A stretch of 63,832 nt of DNA, counting the filler, from Neoconidiobolus thromboides FSU 785 (lineage: Eukaryota; Fungi; Entomophthoromycota): the NCBI GenBank assembly GCA_025603075.1. It is 9 parts of 9 records of this genome, joined end to end, with 100 filler letters (N's around TTAATTAATTAA, not from the genome) between each part and the next. Parts side by side here need not be neighbours in the genome. Positions count along the whole stretch, not along the records: positions 1 to 31,664 come from MU626476.1; 8 more parts are not named here. One strand, given 5' to 3'. Of this stretch, positions 1 through 12,502 are shown piece by piece (within the stretch, counting starts at the first letter, position 1; every line of letters begins with the position of its first letter). The notes under the pieces were generated by a model, which saw only the letters and a list, made by a program, of their open reading frames with translations, was not told the origin of the DNA and made no database searches. The translations under genes and the position numbers were made by a program.

Positions 1-404
1 ATATTTTTAAAGATTTGAAGTTAAATTGAGTTTATTAAAAAACTACTAAAAAAAGTAACCGAAATTCATTAAAGTGTGCCCAACCTAAGAAATGTGCTAT
101 TAAATTTTTAAAAATCCGTTACAACAGTAAAATCATTTACCCCTATCAACACATGTTTCTAAGTAAATGTAATACTAAGAGAGAACAAATCCATCATATC
201 ATTGTAAAAAATAGTCCTTTTTATGATGTATATATCTTCCTTTTAATTAATGACCCCACCTTTACCATATTATAAATATGAATATATGAATATATGAGAA
301 CACTTTATTGGTCATATAAAAAGAAATAATAATACAGTTTAGAATTTTTAAAAAATCAGTTAATTAGATCTTTATACTTTAAAACAACAGTACTATAACA
401 TAAT

Positions 405-1043
405 ATGCAACTTTCTAATATTATCGCTTTTTCTATTGCCTTGATCGCCACTTCAATAAATGCTTTATGTAATCCAACCTGTGTATCAACTATCCAAGGT
501 CAACTTCAATCACAATGTGGAAGTGGCACAAACACAAATAGCAATATTTGTTTATGTAACAACTATTCGCAGTTGATGCAATGTTTCAATGGATGTAATG
601 ATGCACAGAGTCAAAATGAACTCATGAATTATCAAGCACAAGCTAGAAATGTATGTAATACTGCACTTCAAGGAGCTAGTTTACCAGTCAATAATAATTT
701 TATTGGAATGAATGGACAAGCTACTCAAATCCCTAATGGTCCTACTCCAACCATTAATGGCCTCTTTGCAGCTTCTACAATAGGTACCGATTTACATATC
801 AGTGCTGGTAACACCGATGTTATTGTACCTTTCTCTGGGTCACCTCAAAATACTAATGTACCAGTTGTTGGATCTCTTTATTCTTCTTATAGTCTTGGTT
901 CTATTACTGTTGGCTACAAATCATCTGCTGCACCTACCTTTACATTCCGTTCTGCATCCAATTCCAATACCATTGATGGTAAAACAGTATCAATCATATG
1001 TATTTCTACTACTGTTTTATCTATCTTATCATACTTGTTATGA
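405..1043 (+). CDS. Secreted 8-Cys (CFEM-like) protein with S/T/P-rich stalk and hydrophobic C-terminus, probably GPI-anchored
   Basis: Signal-peptide-like N-terminus; Cys spacing C-x3-C-x11-C-x10-CxC-x8-C-x3-C-x19-C; hydrophobic tail VSIICISTTVLSILSYLL. Confidence 0.7.
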   Translation: MQLSNIIAFSIALIATSINALCNPTCVSTIQGQLQSQCGSGTNTNSNICLCNNYSQLMQCFNGCNDAQSQNELMNYQAQARNVCNTALQGASLPVNNNFIGMNGQATQIPNGPTPTINGLFAASTIGTDLHISAGNTDVIVPFSGSPQNTNVPVVGSLYSSYSLGSITVGYKSSAAPTFTFRSASNSNTIDGKTVSIICISTTVLSILSYLL

Positions 1044-1148
1044 TTCAAACTTTATAAAATACTAAATAATAATTATTAATAAAAAATATTAAAATATATA
1101 TTCTTTTTGTTATGAAATATCATTTTTACAAATATTAAATAAGTATAT

Positions 1149-1246
1149 GAGGATGTTTTTTTTGACTTGATTACTTTTTCCATCTTTAAGCGCTATTTGA
1201 GTGGAAAAATTGTTAGTAAAATTCTTAAATACAAAAATAAATTCCC
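1149..1246 (+). mobile_element. ~98-bp MITE copy
   Basis: GAGGATG...ATTCCC flanked by ATAT/ATAT; matches family consensus. Confidence 0.85.
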
Positions 1247-2181
1247 ATATTATTTATAGAGCCGAAGGTATTCCATGAATGCTTGTCACATAACCAAAAT
1301 TCAACTTTATACCTAAAATATTAAAAACGTTGAAACAATGTAATCTACTCAAATTAAAAATTAAGTTCAATAAAACTTTAACCCTACTATTTGATAAATC
1401 ATTGTCCTTTATTTGACTTCACCCTTCCTTACATCTGGACTTTTTTAACTTCACACCTTAATTTATATAAGCAAAAACATAAATATCTTTGGACTTTAAA
1501 TTCAATAAAGTTAAGACTTTAACTCAAATCTAGTTTATTTAGTATTTACTCTTGAGTTCGATTATCTAATAAAGAAATATTTAATTAATTTAATTGTATG
1601 ATGTTTTATAAATGTCAATTAAATTTTATAAGGACTTTAATATTAATTACAATACTATGGTTTCTAAATTTGAAATATAGCTTTTTTATACTATTATACT
1701 TTTATTTCTCAAAAGTAGTTACTATTAAAGCTATACATTATTGATCAAAACAGAGTAAGATTTGCTACTTGTTAGATTTTATTAGCATTTGTCTGATTTT
1801 GTCTAGTACTCTGTATCTTTTTCAGGAATATTTTATTGTTTTATTAAGATCTTTATCTTTAAAATGATTTTTGTAATATATACTTATTCTGAAGTAAACA
1901 AGATATTTCAAATAATAAGTTGTTTTTGAGACATTAATATAGTATATTTATTAAAAAGTTAATATTTTATTTTAATATCAACTTTAAGTTATAAAAGTCA
2001 ATTTCATTCAAACAATAAGATATGGGGATATTGTAATCAGCCTATTTATATTAACAATTGATTATATCAAAATATTTCAAAAGAATATGACTTAGCAAGC
2101 TACATTCTTATCTCCGATACTAGCTTTGAAAAGGTGGACATTAATCCCCAGCAATTTAATAATTAAAATCAGCAACAAAAG

Positions 2182-3063
2182 TTCCCATGTGTTGTAATAT
2201 TAACCAAAGGTTTGAATTATTTTAAACTAACTTATTTTAATATAACCGATGAAAGAGTTATTTATAACCCAAAAGTTAATGAAACAAAATTAATTTTAAT
2301 AAAAATTAATTTATAAATCAATTGATAATTAAGATATACAAGTTTTGTTTTATAATCACATGCTATCTTTATTGGTTAAATGACTGTGGGAAAAAAGGAG
2401 TTGTTTACTGATTGGAGAACAAATCATAAATAGGATGATGGAGAAGGTGGATCGAAATTACCGGTTTTTGCCGCAGATGATTTAGAATTGAGCCAATAGA
2501 TTTTGATGTTGAAAGTCATTTAATAAAAATTTGAAGAAAAAACATTTATGATCAATTAAGGAAAATAATCAACAAGAATAAAGGAAAAATAAACTCCATC
2601 CCTTTACTATTTTGATGTTAATTATCAAATTGGAGTTATCTTATTGGTGCTTGTATTAGTTAAAACAATAGATAACTAATTCTAATTTTTTGATAGGATA
2701 ATACAATTAAAATAAATTATAAAAAACTAATATTTTATCAAAGTATTTGATTATTTTCATTCAAATCTTAGCCCCTGAATTATCAAACTTGATTTCATCC
2801 CTCCCCCTTACACATACAGCTTCATCCCTTTATTGACTAAGCAACCCATACTTATCTTCTATTTTCACATGGATTTACTAAATTCAAAGATAAGCTAAAA
2901 TAATGTTAACGGTTCTATTTTATTGGTTAAGTTTAAACAAAAGAAGAAAGAATGATGCAATATTATATTTGTTGAAAGTATTTTTTAAGTAAGCCAATGA
3001 ATTGAATTTAATTTATCATTTTGCTTAATTTTAAATTCTAATCAATAATTATTTCAGTGGGAA
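2182..3063 (+). promoter_or_regulatory. CSL gene upstream region with CSL-type sites and multiple CCAAT boxes
   Basis: TGTGGGAA 2385-2392, GTGGGAA 3057-3063, CATGGGAA on minus strand 2182-2189; several ATTGG/CCAAT motifs between 2370 and 3150. Confidence 0.45.
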
Positions 3064-3359
3064 AGTTGAAAATTGGGTTAGGTTTAATTATCAAATGCGA
3101 AGAAAAATATTCCTATGTTGATAACATAAAAATCAAGTTGATAGACCAATATCATTTTTAATCTTTTTCATTAACGTAAATTTATGAAATTGTACCCTTA
3201 ATTAGCAACTACTCTATTAATAGTGTCTAACTTTCATAAGCTCTTATTTATTTTAATCTATCCACCCCTATTTATCAATTGAGGTCTTAATCCAGAGTTA
3301 TAAAAGCACAAAATCGTTGATAATTTATATAAAACCGTTTTCACTATTTAAATACTAAG

Positions 3360-4799
3360 ATGAAGCAAAATATGCCATCTTATTCTTTTAATCAACTTCC
3401 TTGTCGGTCCTTTTCACTAAGTCCAGACATTAAATTCCCGTCATTAGACAATTATCATTATTCCTCATCTGATTCAATGCCACATAGCATTAAGAGGACA
3501 CCTTCACCTTTAGAGCTATCCTCACCGCCGGATAGGGCCAATAAAGTAAGGAAAGCAAATCAGGCCATGTCTATTGCTTCCTTACTATCACCTCCAAAAT
3601 ACCCACCAGAACAAAATACTATTTCTTTACCCTCCCTTACCTTTTCTCCACAATCAAACTTACAACAGGCTGGATCCTTTCATTCTACACCCGAAAGATC
3701 ACTCCAAAGTCATACCTTTGGTCATCCACATACTCCCATCATCCCACTACCACCTGTCTTCCAACATTTATCACCAAGGGACCCTTTTCAGCCAACCCAA
3801 CGTATTATTACTAATAAGTCTCATTCATACAAAAGAAGTTTATCTGCTGAAACAAAGGAAATCACAGTTGAATGCTTTCATTCTTCAGTTGCACAAAAGT
3901 CTTATGGGACAGAGAAAAGATTCATATGTCCACCACCAATTGTAAGAGCGATAAAAGGGTATAACAATCATGGATCCGCTTTAGTTCCCAACCCAGCTAA
4001 TATCAACAATCCAATTAGGTTATCTATTGTATCAGATGGAGTAGAAGAGAGCTTACAGCAAGAAAGCCAACTTGAGCATCGCCCAACAGTTTTCCGTTAT
4101 CTCCATATAAGTAACAATAAGAAATCCAAGCAGTTCCAACTTAAATTAGATGTGTTCAATAATAGTCACGCTAACTTAGCACCAGAAGCAAGTTTAACAA
4201 CGGATCCAATTGCAATTGTTTCAAAACCATCTAAGTCAAGGAGTTTAGCCTCTTGTATCATGTCTGGCTCTTTAGTCTCTTTGTATTCCCGTATCAACTC
4301 TCAAACTGTAAGGACAAACTACTTTAAAGTCAATGATGGAAAGGTAATTACTTTTTCTAAAAGTGATTGGTCGCCCATGCGAATTGAATTAGCTGGTGAG
4401 AGCTTAGATAAGGATAACTTTAATTCAAATAAGCCTCGTCCAATTACTTATGGCTCGCATGTTACTTTAAGTGACTGGGATAGTGGGTTTAAAAGTGAAA
4501 CATTTGAAATATTAAAAGTTGAACGTGGTGAAGTTTTACTAGATTATCAAGGTCCAGTATTACAGATGCATAAAATAGCTTTACGTAAGGCCGAAGTTAA
4601 ACAAAATGTGAGTTTGTTATCGTGTGATTCTAATGATGCGATGTGTAAAAGTAATGGCATGGTTAATTTTTCAAATATGAAATTGGTGAACCTTTTAAGC
4701 TGTAGTTCATTTAATTGTGATAGTGAAAAAAGTATTAGAGTGGAAGATAGGGATATTTGGACCTTGGTCGGAATCAGTCACTCAAAACAAAGTTTATAA
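3360..4799 (+). CDS. Fungal CSL (RBP-J/Su(H)/LAG-1 family) transcription factor
   Basis: LAG1 DNA-binding motif FHSSVAQKSYGTEKRFICPPP; beta-trefoil motif SGSLVSLYSRINSQTVRT; low-complexity S/P-rich N-terminus typical of fungal CSL. Confidence 0.9.
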   Translation: MKQNMPSYSFNQLPCRSFSLSPDIKFPSLDNYHYSSSDSMPHSIKRTPSPLELSSPPDRANKVRKANQAMSIASLLSPPKYPPEQNTISLPSLTFSPQSNLQQAGSFHSTPERSLQSHTFGHPHTPIIPLPPVFQHLSPRDPFQPTQRIITNKSHSYKRSLSAETKEITVECFHSSVAQKSYGTEKRFICPPPIVRAIKGYNNHGSALVPNPANINNPIRLSIVSDGVEESLQQESQLEHRPTVFRYLHISNNKKSKQFQLKLDVFNNSHANLAPEASLTTDPIAIVSKPSKSRSLASCIMSGSLVSLYSRINSQTVRTNYFKVNDGKVITFSKSDWSPMRIELAGESLDKDNFNSNKPRPITYGSHVTLSDWDSGFKSETFEILKVERGEVLLDYQGPVLQMHKIALRKAEVKQNVSLLSCDSNDAMCKSNGMVNFSNMKLVNLLSCSSFNCDSEKSIRVEDRDIWTLVGISHSKQSL

Positions 4800-4974
4800 A
4801 ATGTATTAAATATTCTATATAAAAAATAAATAAATTGTTCTTTTTAATAACATCAATATTGTCTTTTCTGCAAAAAAAATTATTTATCCTTAAAGTACCT
4901 AAATACAAAATCTGTTATTTTTTTAAAATGCAGTTTATTTATTAAAGCATATTGTGTAAGCAATTGGTTCCATA

Positions 4975-5755
4975 TTAACTACGAAGTAAAGGTTCTCTTT
5001 CATCAGGTACACTGATGTTTTTATAGGTATAAAAAGTGAATAATGTAGTCACAAAATGAATAGCCAACGCGATAGATATCCAAACAATCAAAGTGGTCAT
5101 TTCGGTGGCTACAGAATTCTTTAAAAACCCATAACATGGTACTTGATATCCAAAATAATCACTCTTAATGCACGCAGCCTCTTCTTTTTTAGGGAATGCA
5201 TGGTCAATTGTAGTATGTAAGCCACAGCATCCATATTCTTCTTCAATATTACGAAGTAAGTAAGGAGAATCGTCGTATGCATATATCCAGAATCTATTAA
5301 CAACATCACCTACATATGATCGACCATAAATGAGTACACCCAAGAATATAGCTTGGATGATAGTAAATATAGACAATATAATAAAGTACTACAAGATAAA
5401 TTTAACAAATAAAGTTATAACAAAGAAATTATCAAACTCACTAATTTTAACTGATCCTTGCTTTCCAAATATGTAGATATGTGACCGTGAAATGAGAATA
5501 AAAAGATAAGGACACCAAGCCCAAGTAACAGCCCTGGGAAGGTAAATGAAGCTCTTGGTATATTCCCTTTTGATATATCGTAGACTCCTAAGCCTATAAG
5601 TTCAATTCCAACGAACTAGAACAATTAGTTAAAATAGCATAGATATTAATAGAGAAGAAATAATAACTTACAGTAATAAGCAAATTAAGAAGCATTAGTA
5701 CACCCTTACGGTATCCAATGTCATCCTCTCCACGAAGTAAATCTAATCTTGTCAT
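4975..5755 (-). CDS. Tetraspanin-like 4-TM protein (spliced)
   Basis: ATG at 5755 (MTRLDLLRG), GT-AG introns, hydrophobic helices, YGCCG motif followed by further Cys in the large loop. Confidence 0.75.
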
Positions 5756-6821
5756 AGTTTGATTGTTGTAGAAAATAAAAAGTAGCAGTTTCCTTTTTAT
5801 TGCTGTTTATAAAGGATAGATTTTACTTGGGTGAGCTTAAACTATTAGTGATGTAGAAATTCAATAAGTTCATTGGCAATGATATAAAATTAAGATCATT
5901 ATGATTGTATGATTATTTAAGAAAATACATTTTATCAAGTTGTCAGTAAAGTCTGTTTCATAGTTTTTAATCTGTTTTAATGTATAATTAATTGCTAGTT
6001 CAAATCATAAAAGTTATGAATAATAAATTTAGCTTAAATAATTTCACTAATATTAATATTAGTACTAATAAATTAAGATTTTAAAATTAGACTCAAATAC
6101 TGTTTTAGGTATTATCCATATTCAATATCTATTTTTAATTTTTAATATAGTTAATGTAAATGTTTATTTTCTTGAGTCTAGTATTATCAAATATTACTAT
6201 ATGACATTAAAACAATGATTGTTAAATTATAGTCACCAACACAGAATTAAGAAATTTAAAGCCATATGTTAGCTTATTATTTGATAATAAAGATTAGTTA
6301 TCGTCATCTATTATTATGTAAATTGTGCTTTTGTATATGTGTAATTTTTACTGAAGCAATATATATATATTGCGTTTTATAGCTTAAACTAAAAGAATTA
6401 AATAAACCATTCTTGCTATTTACTATCTTTAAATTAAATAAGGAAAGTGATATGCTATTCAAGCATTATTTTAATGTTCAATTGATTAGACAAAATACCA
6501 ATAGCTTCCATTGTTAGAGTGATTAATCCTTCAATAAATCAAAAATACGATATTATATAAAAACGTATTAGGGTAGAAGCAACATTGATATGAGTTAAGT
6601 ATAATGTAAACGAAGACAGATAAATGTTACAGTTATAGTTGATGTTAAAAGTAAGCTAATTAGAATATATCAAACTAAAAGGTCATTAATAAATTAATAA
6701 CCAATAAGCGGAGTCAATTAATTTTAAAAGCCAATTATATTAAACATATACAGATAGTAATATTTTTACTTGATGATTCAGCCAATCCAATAAAATCAAG
6801 TGATTTAAAGCTATAAGGTTA

Positions 6822-9137
6822 ATGCAGTTGAAAAAAGTTTTTATTGTTTTAAAGAAAATGGAAATTGTCAGAGCATTTTCAACAAGGGTAAAAATATACA
6901 GATATCAAGAAAATAATTGGGGTGAATATGGTTCGGGTATATGTAGTATTCGAAAATATGATGAAGCAAGTGACAAGCATATGATCGTTGTAGTGGATTC
7001 TCAAGATAAAGATTCTACAATTTTAAGTTTTAAGATCCTCTGCTCTGGACAGTTTAAGAAAGAGCAAGATGGTTTAATAGTATGGCCCTTAGTCCCAGGA
7101 AGCTTTCATCTTTGTTTAAGCTTCCAGGGGGTAAAAATTAGGGATGCTTTTTATGGTTATATACAAGAAGTTGAAAAGCATTTATTAAAAGAATCAACTC
7201 CAGAGGGTGAATCAGACCCAGATGCATTAATACAACAAGACGAAACAAGGATGTCCTTTGATAATTTAGAACCTACTATGGGAAATATAGGTGAAATTGA
7301 TGCATTCTTATTAGCCAATAATCAAGGGAATTTCGAATATAAAGAAAGAGTGGCTACAAAATTAATTGAACATAAATTTTTAGAGAAACTTAAGGATGTT
7401 TATGACATTGCTACGGATCTCGAAGATCCAAATTGTTTAAATAAGTTATTCAGTATTATAAAATCTTTGTTGCAGTATTATGATCCTAGGATCACTGAAA
7501 GTTTTGCTCATGATGATTATATATTAATGATTGCTGGTATTATGGAGCATAGTCCAGGGCTTCCACATGTAAAGCAATCATATGTCAATTTTTTGAATGA
7601 TCCAGCTCGTTTCAAACAGCTTATTAGCTTACCCGATGAAACTACTGAAAGGATGGTACGTGAATCATTCAGATTAACTTACTTAAAAGAAACTGTTTTA
7701 AGTCCTATAATGAATGAGACTGCCAGTAGCCAATTCACAGGGGTGATTGCAAGGAAGAACAATGAAATATTGAAAAGGATAACTGATAATCATGAGTTTT
7801 TGAGTCGCCTCTTTAATACCCTTCGTGATCCTGAGGCCCCAATAAATAAAAAACGTCCAATCATTCTTTTTGTTCAACAGCTTTGTACTTTAGGTAGGGT
7901 ATCTTCTATAGGAAATTTAACTTCTTTGATTGGAGTTCTTAATCAAAAAGGATTATTTGCAATACTTCGATTCACAATGAGTGATCCCGATTTGAAAATT
8001 CGAGTTATCGGGGCAGAGATTTTAGCCATGATGGTGGATAATAACCCTTCGCTTGTACGTTCTACTATCAAACATAAGGTTGGGTCAGATGAGCCTACTT
8101 TGTTGGAATTATTGATCAGGTCCATGATAAAAGAAACTAGTACCAGCGTGATTAGTCAATATTCTGATATCATTCGCTCTCTTTTAATTTATCATTGCCC
8201 AGCACCTGCAGTAAGGGCAGCCAGCAATGGAACCAATACGACTGACCCAAACTTAAGAAAGGATGATGACCTGGATAGCTTTGTAAGGTATTTTTATGAC
8301 AACTTGATTGATATTTTAATTTCACCATTAATTGAATTAAATGATAATTTTGCTAAAGAGAGTTCAGGTGTAGTCAAAGTATTACCACGTCATCATGATA
8401 CTTTAACATTTACTATTTGTGACCTTTTAAATTCCTTCTTACGCTTTCATTCCGTTAAAATCAAATATTTTGTGATCGGTAGTCATGTGGTCAAATATAT
8501 AGTGCCACTTTTGAGGGCTAGATCCGGCCATGTTAAACTTGCTGCGTTAAGATTTTTTAGAAATTTGATTGGAACAAGGGATGAGTTTTTTTCAAGAACT
8601 TTGATACGCCATAAAATAATCGAACATATCTTACAAACTTATACCTCCACAGAAAATGCTAATAATATGTTAAATTCAGCGTGTAGGGAATTCTTTCAAT
8701 TTATTGTAACAGAAAAGATGATTACACTTTTAAAGTATCTAGCAGTTGATTTGGAAAGTGAGGTTACAAAGTTATCGAGTGTTCAAGTATTTAAAGATAT
8801 TATATTTTATTATGGAGCTATGGTGAATGGCACACCATCCACTGCTTCTTTACGTTCCGTTACACCAAAGAGTGAACGGGATGAGCATGAAAAGGAGATG
8901 TCGCCATCAGGTAAAAAACAAAAGCTTTGGGCGACAGAAACATTGGAGAAATCGGAAGAAGAATATTTTAAAGAAGATGATGAGGGTATGGAAATCGGAG
9001 AGTCAGATACCACTCAAAGTGAATCATCATCCAATCATAAAGTTGAAGAAGTAGATTTGGATTTCCCACTTAAACCATTGGTGGACTATGATGATGAAGA
9101 GGATGAAGAGGATGGGTTTTCTAAGTTGCAGGAATAA
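6822..9137 (+). CDS. PSY2: Protein phosphatase 4 regulatory subunit 3 (Psy2/SMEK)
   Basis: N-terminal EVH1-like RVKIYRY...W...GSGIC and EQDGLIVW, SMK-1-like region FRLTYLKETVL, NNMLNSACREFF motif, acidic tail. Confidence 0.85.
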   Translation: MQLKKVFIVLKKMEIVRAFSTRVKIYRYQENNWGEYGSGICSIRKYDEASDKHMIVVVDSQDKDSTILSFKILCSGQFKKEQDGLIVWPLVPGSFHLCLSFQGVKIRDAFYGYIQEVEKHLLKESTPEGESDPDALIQQDETRMSFDNLEPTMGNIGEIDAFLLANNQGNFEYKERVATKLIEHKFLEKLKDVYDIATDLEDPNCLNKLFSIIKSLLQYYDPRITESFAHDDYILMIAGIMEHSPGLPHVKQSYVNFLNDPARFKQLISLPDETTERMVRESFRLTYLKETVLSPIMNETASSQFTGVIARKNNEILKRITDNHEFLSRLFNTLRDPEAPINKKRPIILFVQQLCTLGRVSSIGNLTSLIGVLNQKGLFAILRFTMSDPDLKIRVIGAEILAMMVDNNPSLVRSTIKHKVGSDEPTLLELLIRSMIKETSTSVISQYSDIIRSLLIYHCPAPAVRAASNGTNTTDPNLRKDDDLDSFVRYFYDNLIDILISPLIELNDNFAKESSGVVKVLPRHHDTLTFTICDLLNSFLRFHSVKIKYFVIGSHVVKYIVPLLRARSGHVKLAALRFFRNLIGTRDEFFSRTLIRHKIIEHILQTYTSTENANNMLNSACREFFQFIVTEKMITLLKYLAVDLESEVTKLSSVQVFKDIIFYYGAMVNGTPSTASLRSVTPKSERDEHEKEMSPSGKKQKLWATETLEKSEEEYFKEDDEGMEIGESDTTQSESSSNHKVEEVDLDFPLKPLVDYDDEEDEEDGFSKLQE

Positions 9138-11284
9138 GTAGGAGTGTATTTTATGCCCTTTCAAATGTGATTATAACAGAAAGTTGGATATTTTTATCTT
9201 TCAATAGTATTATAGTAAGCTTGTTAAATATCAAAAAAAATACAAAAACATAATATTTAAGAATGGAGTAAATAAACTTATTATATTTGATTTTTGGATC
9301 TTTTTTTATAATTTTTTGATGTATTGTAAAAAAAACAATAACATTTTATAACTCGTTTGCGATAGTTTGATTATTGACATAAGCTATGAACTGTATGGTT
9401 AAGTCTTATTAGGGTGTAGGAAACTATTATAGATGTTAGTATTTCTTTTAGAGGTTAACATTTCAATTTTATCAGCTGTGATAAATATGTGGCATGTTTT
9501 TTGTGAGGAACTTAAGCAAGGAAATTCGAAATTTCAAGTTTCATAAGAAGTAAACAAAATGATCGAAGCGGAAAAAAACACCAGCATTAAAAGCTCAGTT
9601 GGTCAGTTTTAAGAATAAGAATATTTTAATAAAGTTGCTTTAACAAAGTAACAATATTCCCAATGACTTTTGATCCTATTACAGGTGGCTAGATAAGATA
9701 AACGCTATCTTGTCTCTACTCTTTAGAAGACGTTTATTTAATATTAAGAGATTAGACATAAATCAAATGACATAGAAAGCCTCAAATATGGTATAGTTAT
9801 TGATAGCTTAAATAAAGAGCATTTTAAAAAATTGAAATTATATAAAATAATCTTAATTACTTAATATCTGTAAAGAGAAATAATAATAAATTATTGAAAG
9901 ATATGAGTTAAAGAGCGAGAATTTAATATAGTATGAAAGAATAGATATTGAAGTAATGATCAATAAAAACCACCAAGAAATCCTGTTTAGAAAAAATAAT
10001 AGATAGTGGGAAACTTTTATGACTAATCTAAATACCGATAACTAAATTAAGTACATTCAAATTGAAACATAATCAACTAAAATGTATATAGTTATTTAAA
10101 GGGCTAGTAGTAAAAAAGGAAAAATAATGATTAACTACAAATCTCGTCATTTAGTTCGTATCTATAATATTATAATGAAGAACTATTGAATAGTGATTAA
10201 TAAAGCCATTGAAATCTCGGGTTTGAAGTTCATAGTTTACTTTTGTTATAGAAACAAAAATTGAGTAGTTCAACCTCTAATGACATAGCTTATAGATATA
10301 CATATAGACTTCTAAATAATAATAGAAGTGTTTATTTTATAGATTGTTATTCTATTTTTATTATAGATATAAATGAAATTCAAAGTTATCATTAAAAGTT
10401 AAAATTAGGTAACTGTGGATTAATTAAATAGGATGCTATCTGGGATCATACAATGGGCTCAAGGTTTATGATAAGTTTAAATTAGTTATAGCTATAATAA
10501 ATCATGAAAAACACTAAAACCAGATATACATAAATGTCCAAGTATAACAAATTAAGCTTTGGATCTTTCTAAGATTTTTAAGATTTTATATTTCATTTTA
10601 AAAGCCTTCTACTTAATTAAAAATAAAAATACTAAAAAATAATATGCGATAGCTTAATATTTTAAATACATAATAATTTGAAAATTATATTTTTAATAAT
10701 ACATTACTTTTTTACCAAATAGAATAAAACTCAAAATGTTAATTTTTTACTAATGAAACTTATATAACAAAATTCTATATTCTCAAACTATAAAATTTTC
10801 AAAATAATCTTTATTAACACTTACATAGAGATCTTTTATTAAAATAGTTATAACACAAATCAACAAGTTTATTTGATACTTTGTTCACTAGATATCTGTA
10901 TTTGTTAAAATAGCTTTTAAAGTTTTCTCAAAATCTATATTTTTATAAATCCATTTATACAATCCATGAGAATAAATATTAAAATATAATAAAAACAATT
11001 ATATAAAATTGATGTGATATACAAAACTCCTTTTACCTACTATAATGTTTTATTTTGCTAGTAAATTATTTATGTAAAGGCTTAATATTAAAATAGCTTT
11101 AATAGTTTTAATAGTTTTGATAGTTTTAAATTTTTTGCCAGTCATCAATTTCACTCTAATGATGATTTGATTGAAGTTTTTCTATACAATATTTAATAAT
11201 TTAATAATAAGCTATTATACAAGATAGCAATTCAATAGCCACCTCCATTAAGACAATAAATCAGAAACTTTTAGAATTCCATAT

Positions 11285-11382
11285 GGAGGTGTTTTTTTAT
11301 TTCCTCGCCTTTTCCATTTTTAAAGCGCTATTTAAGTAGAAAAGTTGCTAGTAAAATTCTTGGACAAAAAAATACTTTTACC
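11285..11382 (+). mobile_element. MITE copy (degenerate right end)
   Basis: ATAT-GGAGGTGTTTTTTT...AAGCGCTATTTAAG...GTAAAATTCTT. Confidence 0.75.
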
Positions 11383-12406
11383 TATCAAAAGATCAGAAGT
11401 AAAAAGAGATAATAATAATGACTCGAAGTATTAAGTTAAAAGATGAGAATTTGAGTTAGGATATGAAAAAGATGTGAAGTAATAAACACTAAAGCCCTTT
11501 AAACATCAGGATTGGATTCAGTATTTTATATTTATGGAAGTAAAGTTAAATAATCAAACCCTTAATAGTATAGTCATTAGTTTATAAATGAAAATTTTAT
11601 AGTGATGTGTAATCAACTAGAGCATTTTTAGTTATCAAAAGATCGATAGTAAAAAGAGGTAAAAAGAATCAGAAATATGGGCTAAATGATGAGGACTTAG
11701 AATAGCATTTGTTAAAACTACTTGGGAATATATTTTTTTGTTTAAGAGTCTTACTAACAATCTTTATACTCCAAACAATGCTTAAAAAATGGAATAAGTG
11801 ACAAAATCAAAAAAAATCATCCTTTAAACTTTAGAATTTAAGTTTGTAGTTTATATTTATGAAAGTGAGGACCAAATGGTCCAGCCTCTAATAATACAGC
11901 TACCAGTTTAATACCAAAGTTCCAAAATAGTATAGAAACTAAATACTAATTAAAGATTATTAAATTCAACTTAAACCTCGGAAATGAAGTTCACAGTTTG
12001 TTCCAACTATAGAAACAAACTCTAAAGAACCAAACTTCTTAGTGAAATAACTTCCAAATTAACATTAATCTTTAAATAGTAAGGAAGCGAGGATTTAAAA
12101 TAATATATAAAAGAGCTATTGAATAGCGATCACTAAATCCTTTTAATTTCCGGGACTAAAATTCGGAGCTCACATTTGTTTTAGAGATAAAGATAAAACG
12201 ATTGATCTCTTATTAATATGATTGTTAGTATTATCAAGATATTAATAACAATGTAAATATGAGTTGTAAGAGAGAAGTCCTTAAAACCATTTTGATTATG
12301 GCTTTAAAAATCAGAGTTTGCATCTATCAATGTGAAAATTGAAGGACTTTAATCTCTAGTAGTATAATTATTAGTCTATAGATTTTGAAATTTCAAAATG
12401 ATATAT

Positions 12407-12502
12407 GGGGGTTTGTTTTGATTTTATTACTTTTCCATTTTTTAAGCGCTATTTGAGCGGAAAAATTGGTAGTAAAATTCTTAAACACAAAAATACATCT
12501 CC
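12407..12502 (+). mobile_element. MITE copy
   Basis: GGGG...CATCTCC with ATAT on both sides. Confidence 0.85.

Noticed and set aside
802-9054. Overlapping ORFs 802-1065, 3574-3945, 5121-5309, 7943-8125, 8810-9013, 8827-9054
   Set aside because: Alternate-frame or antisense shadows of well-supported genes, with no motifs.
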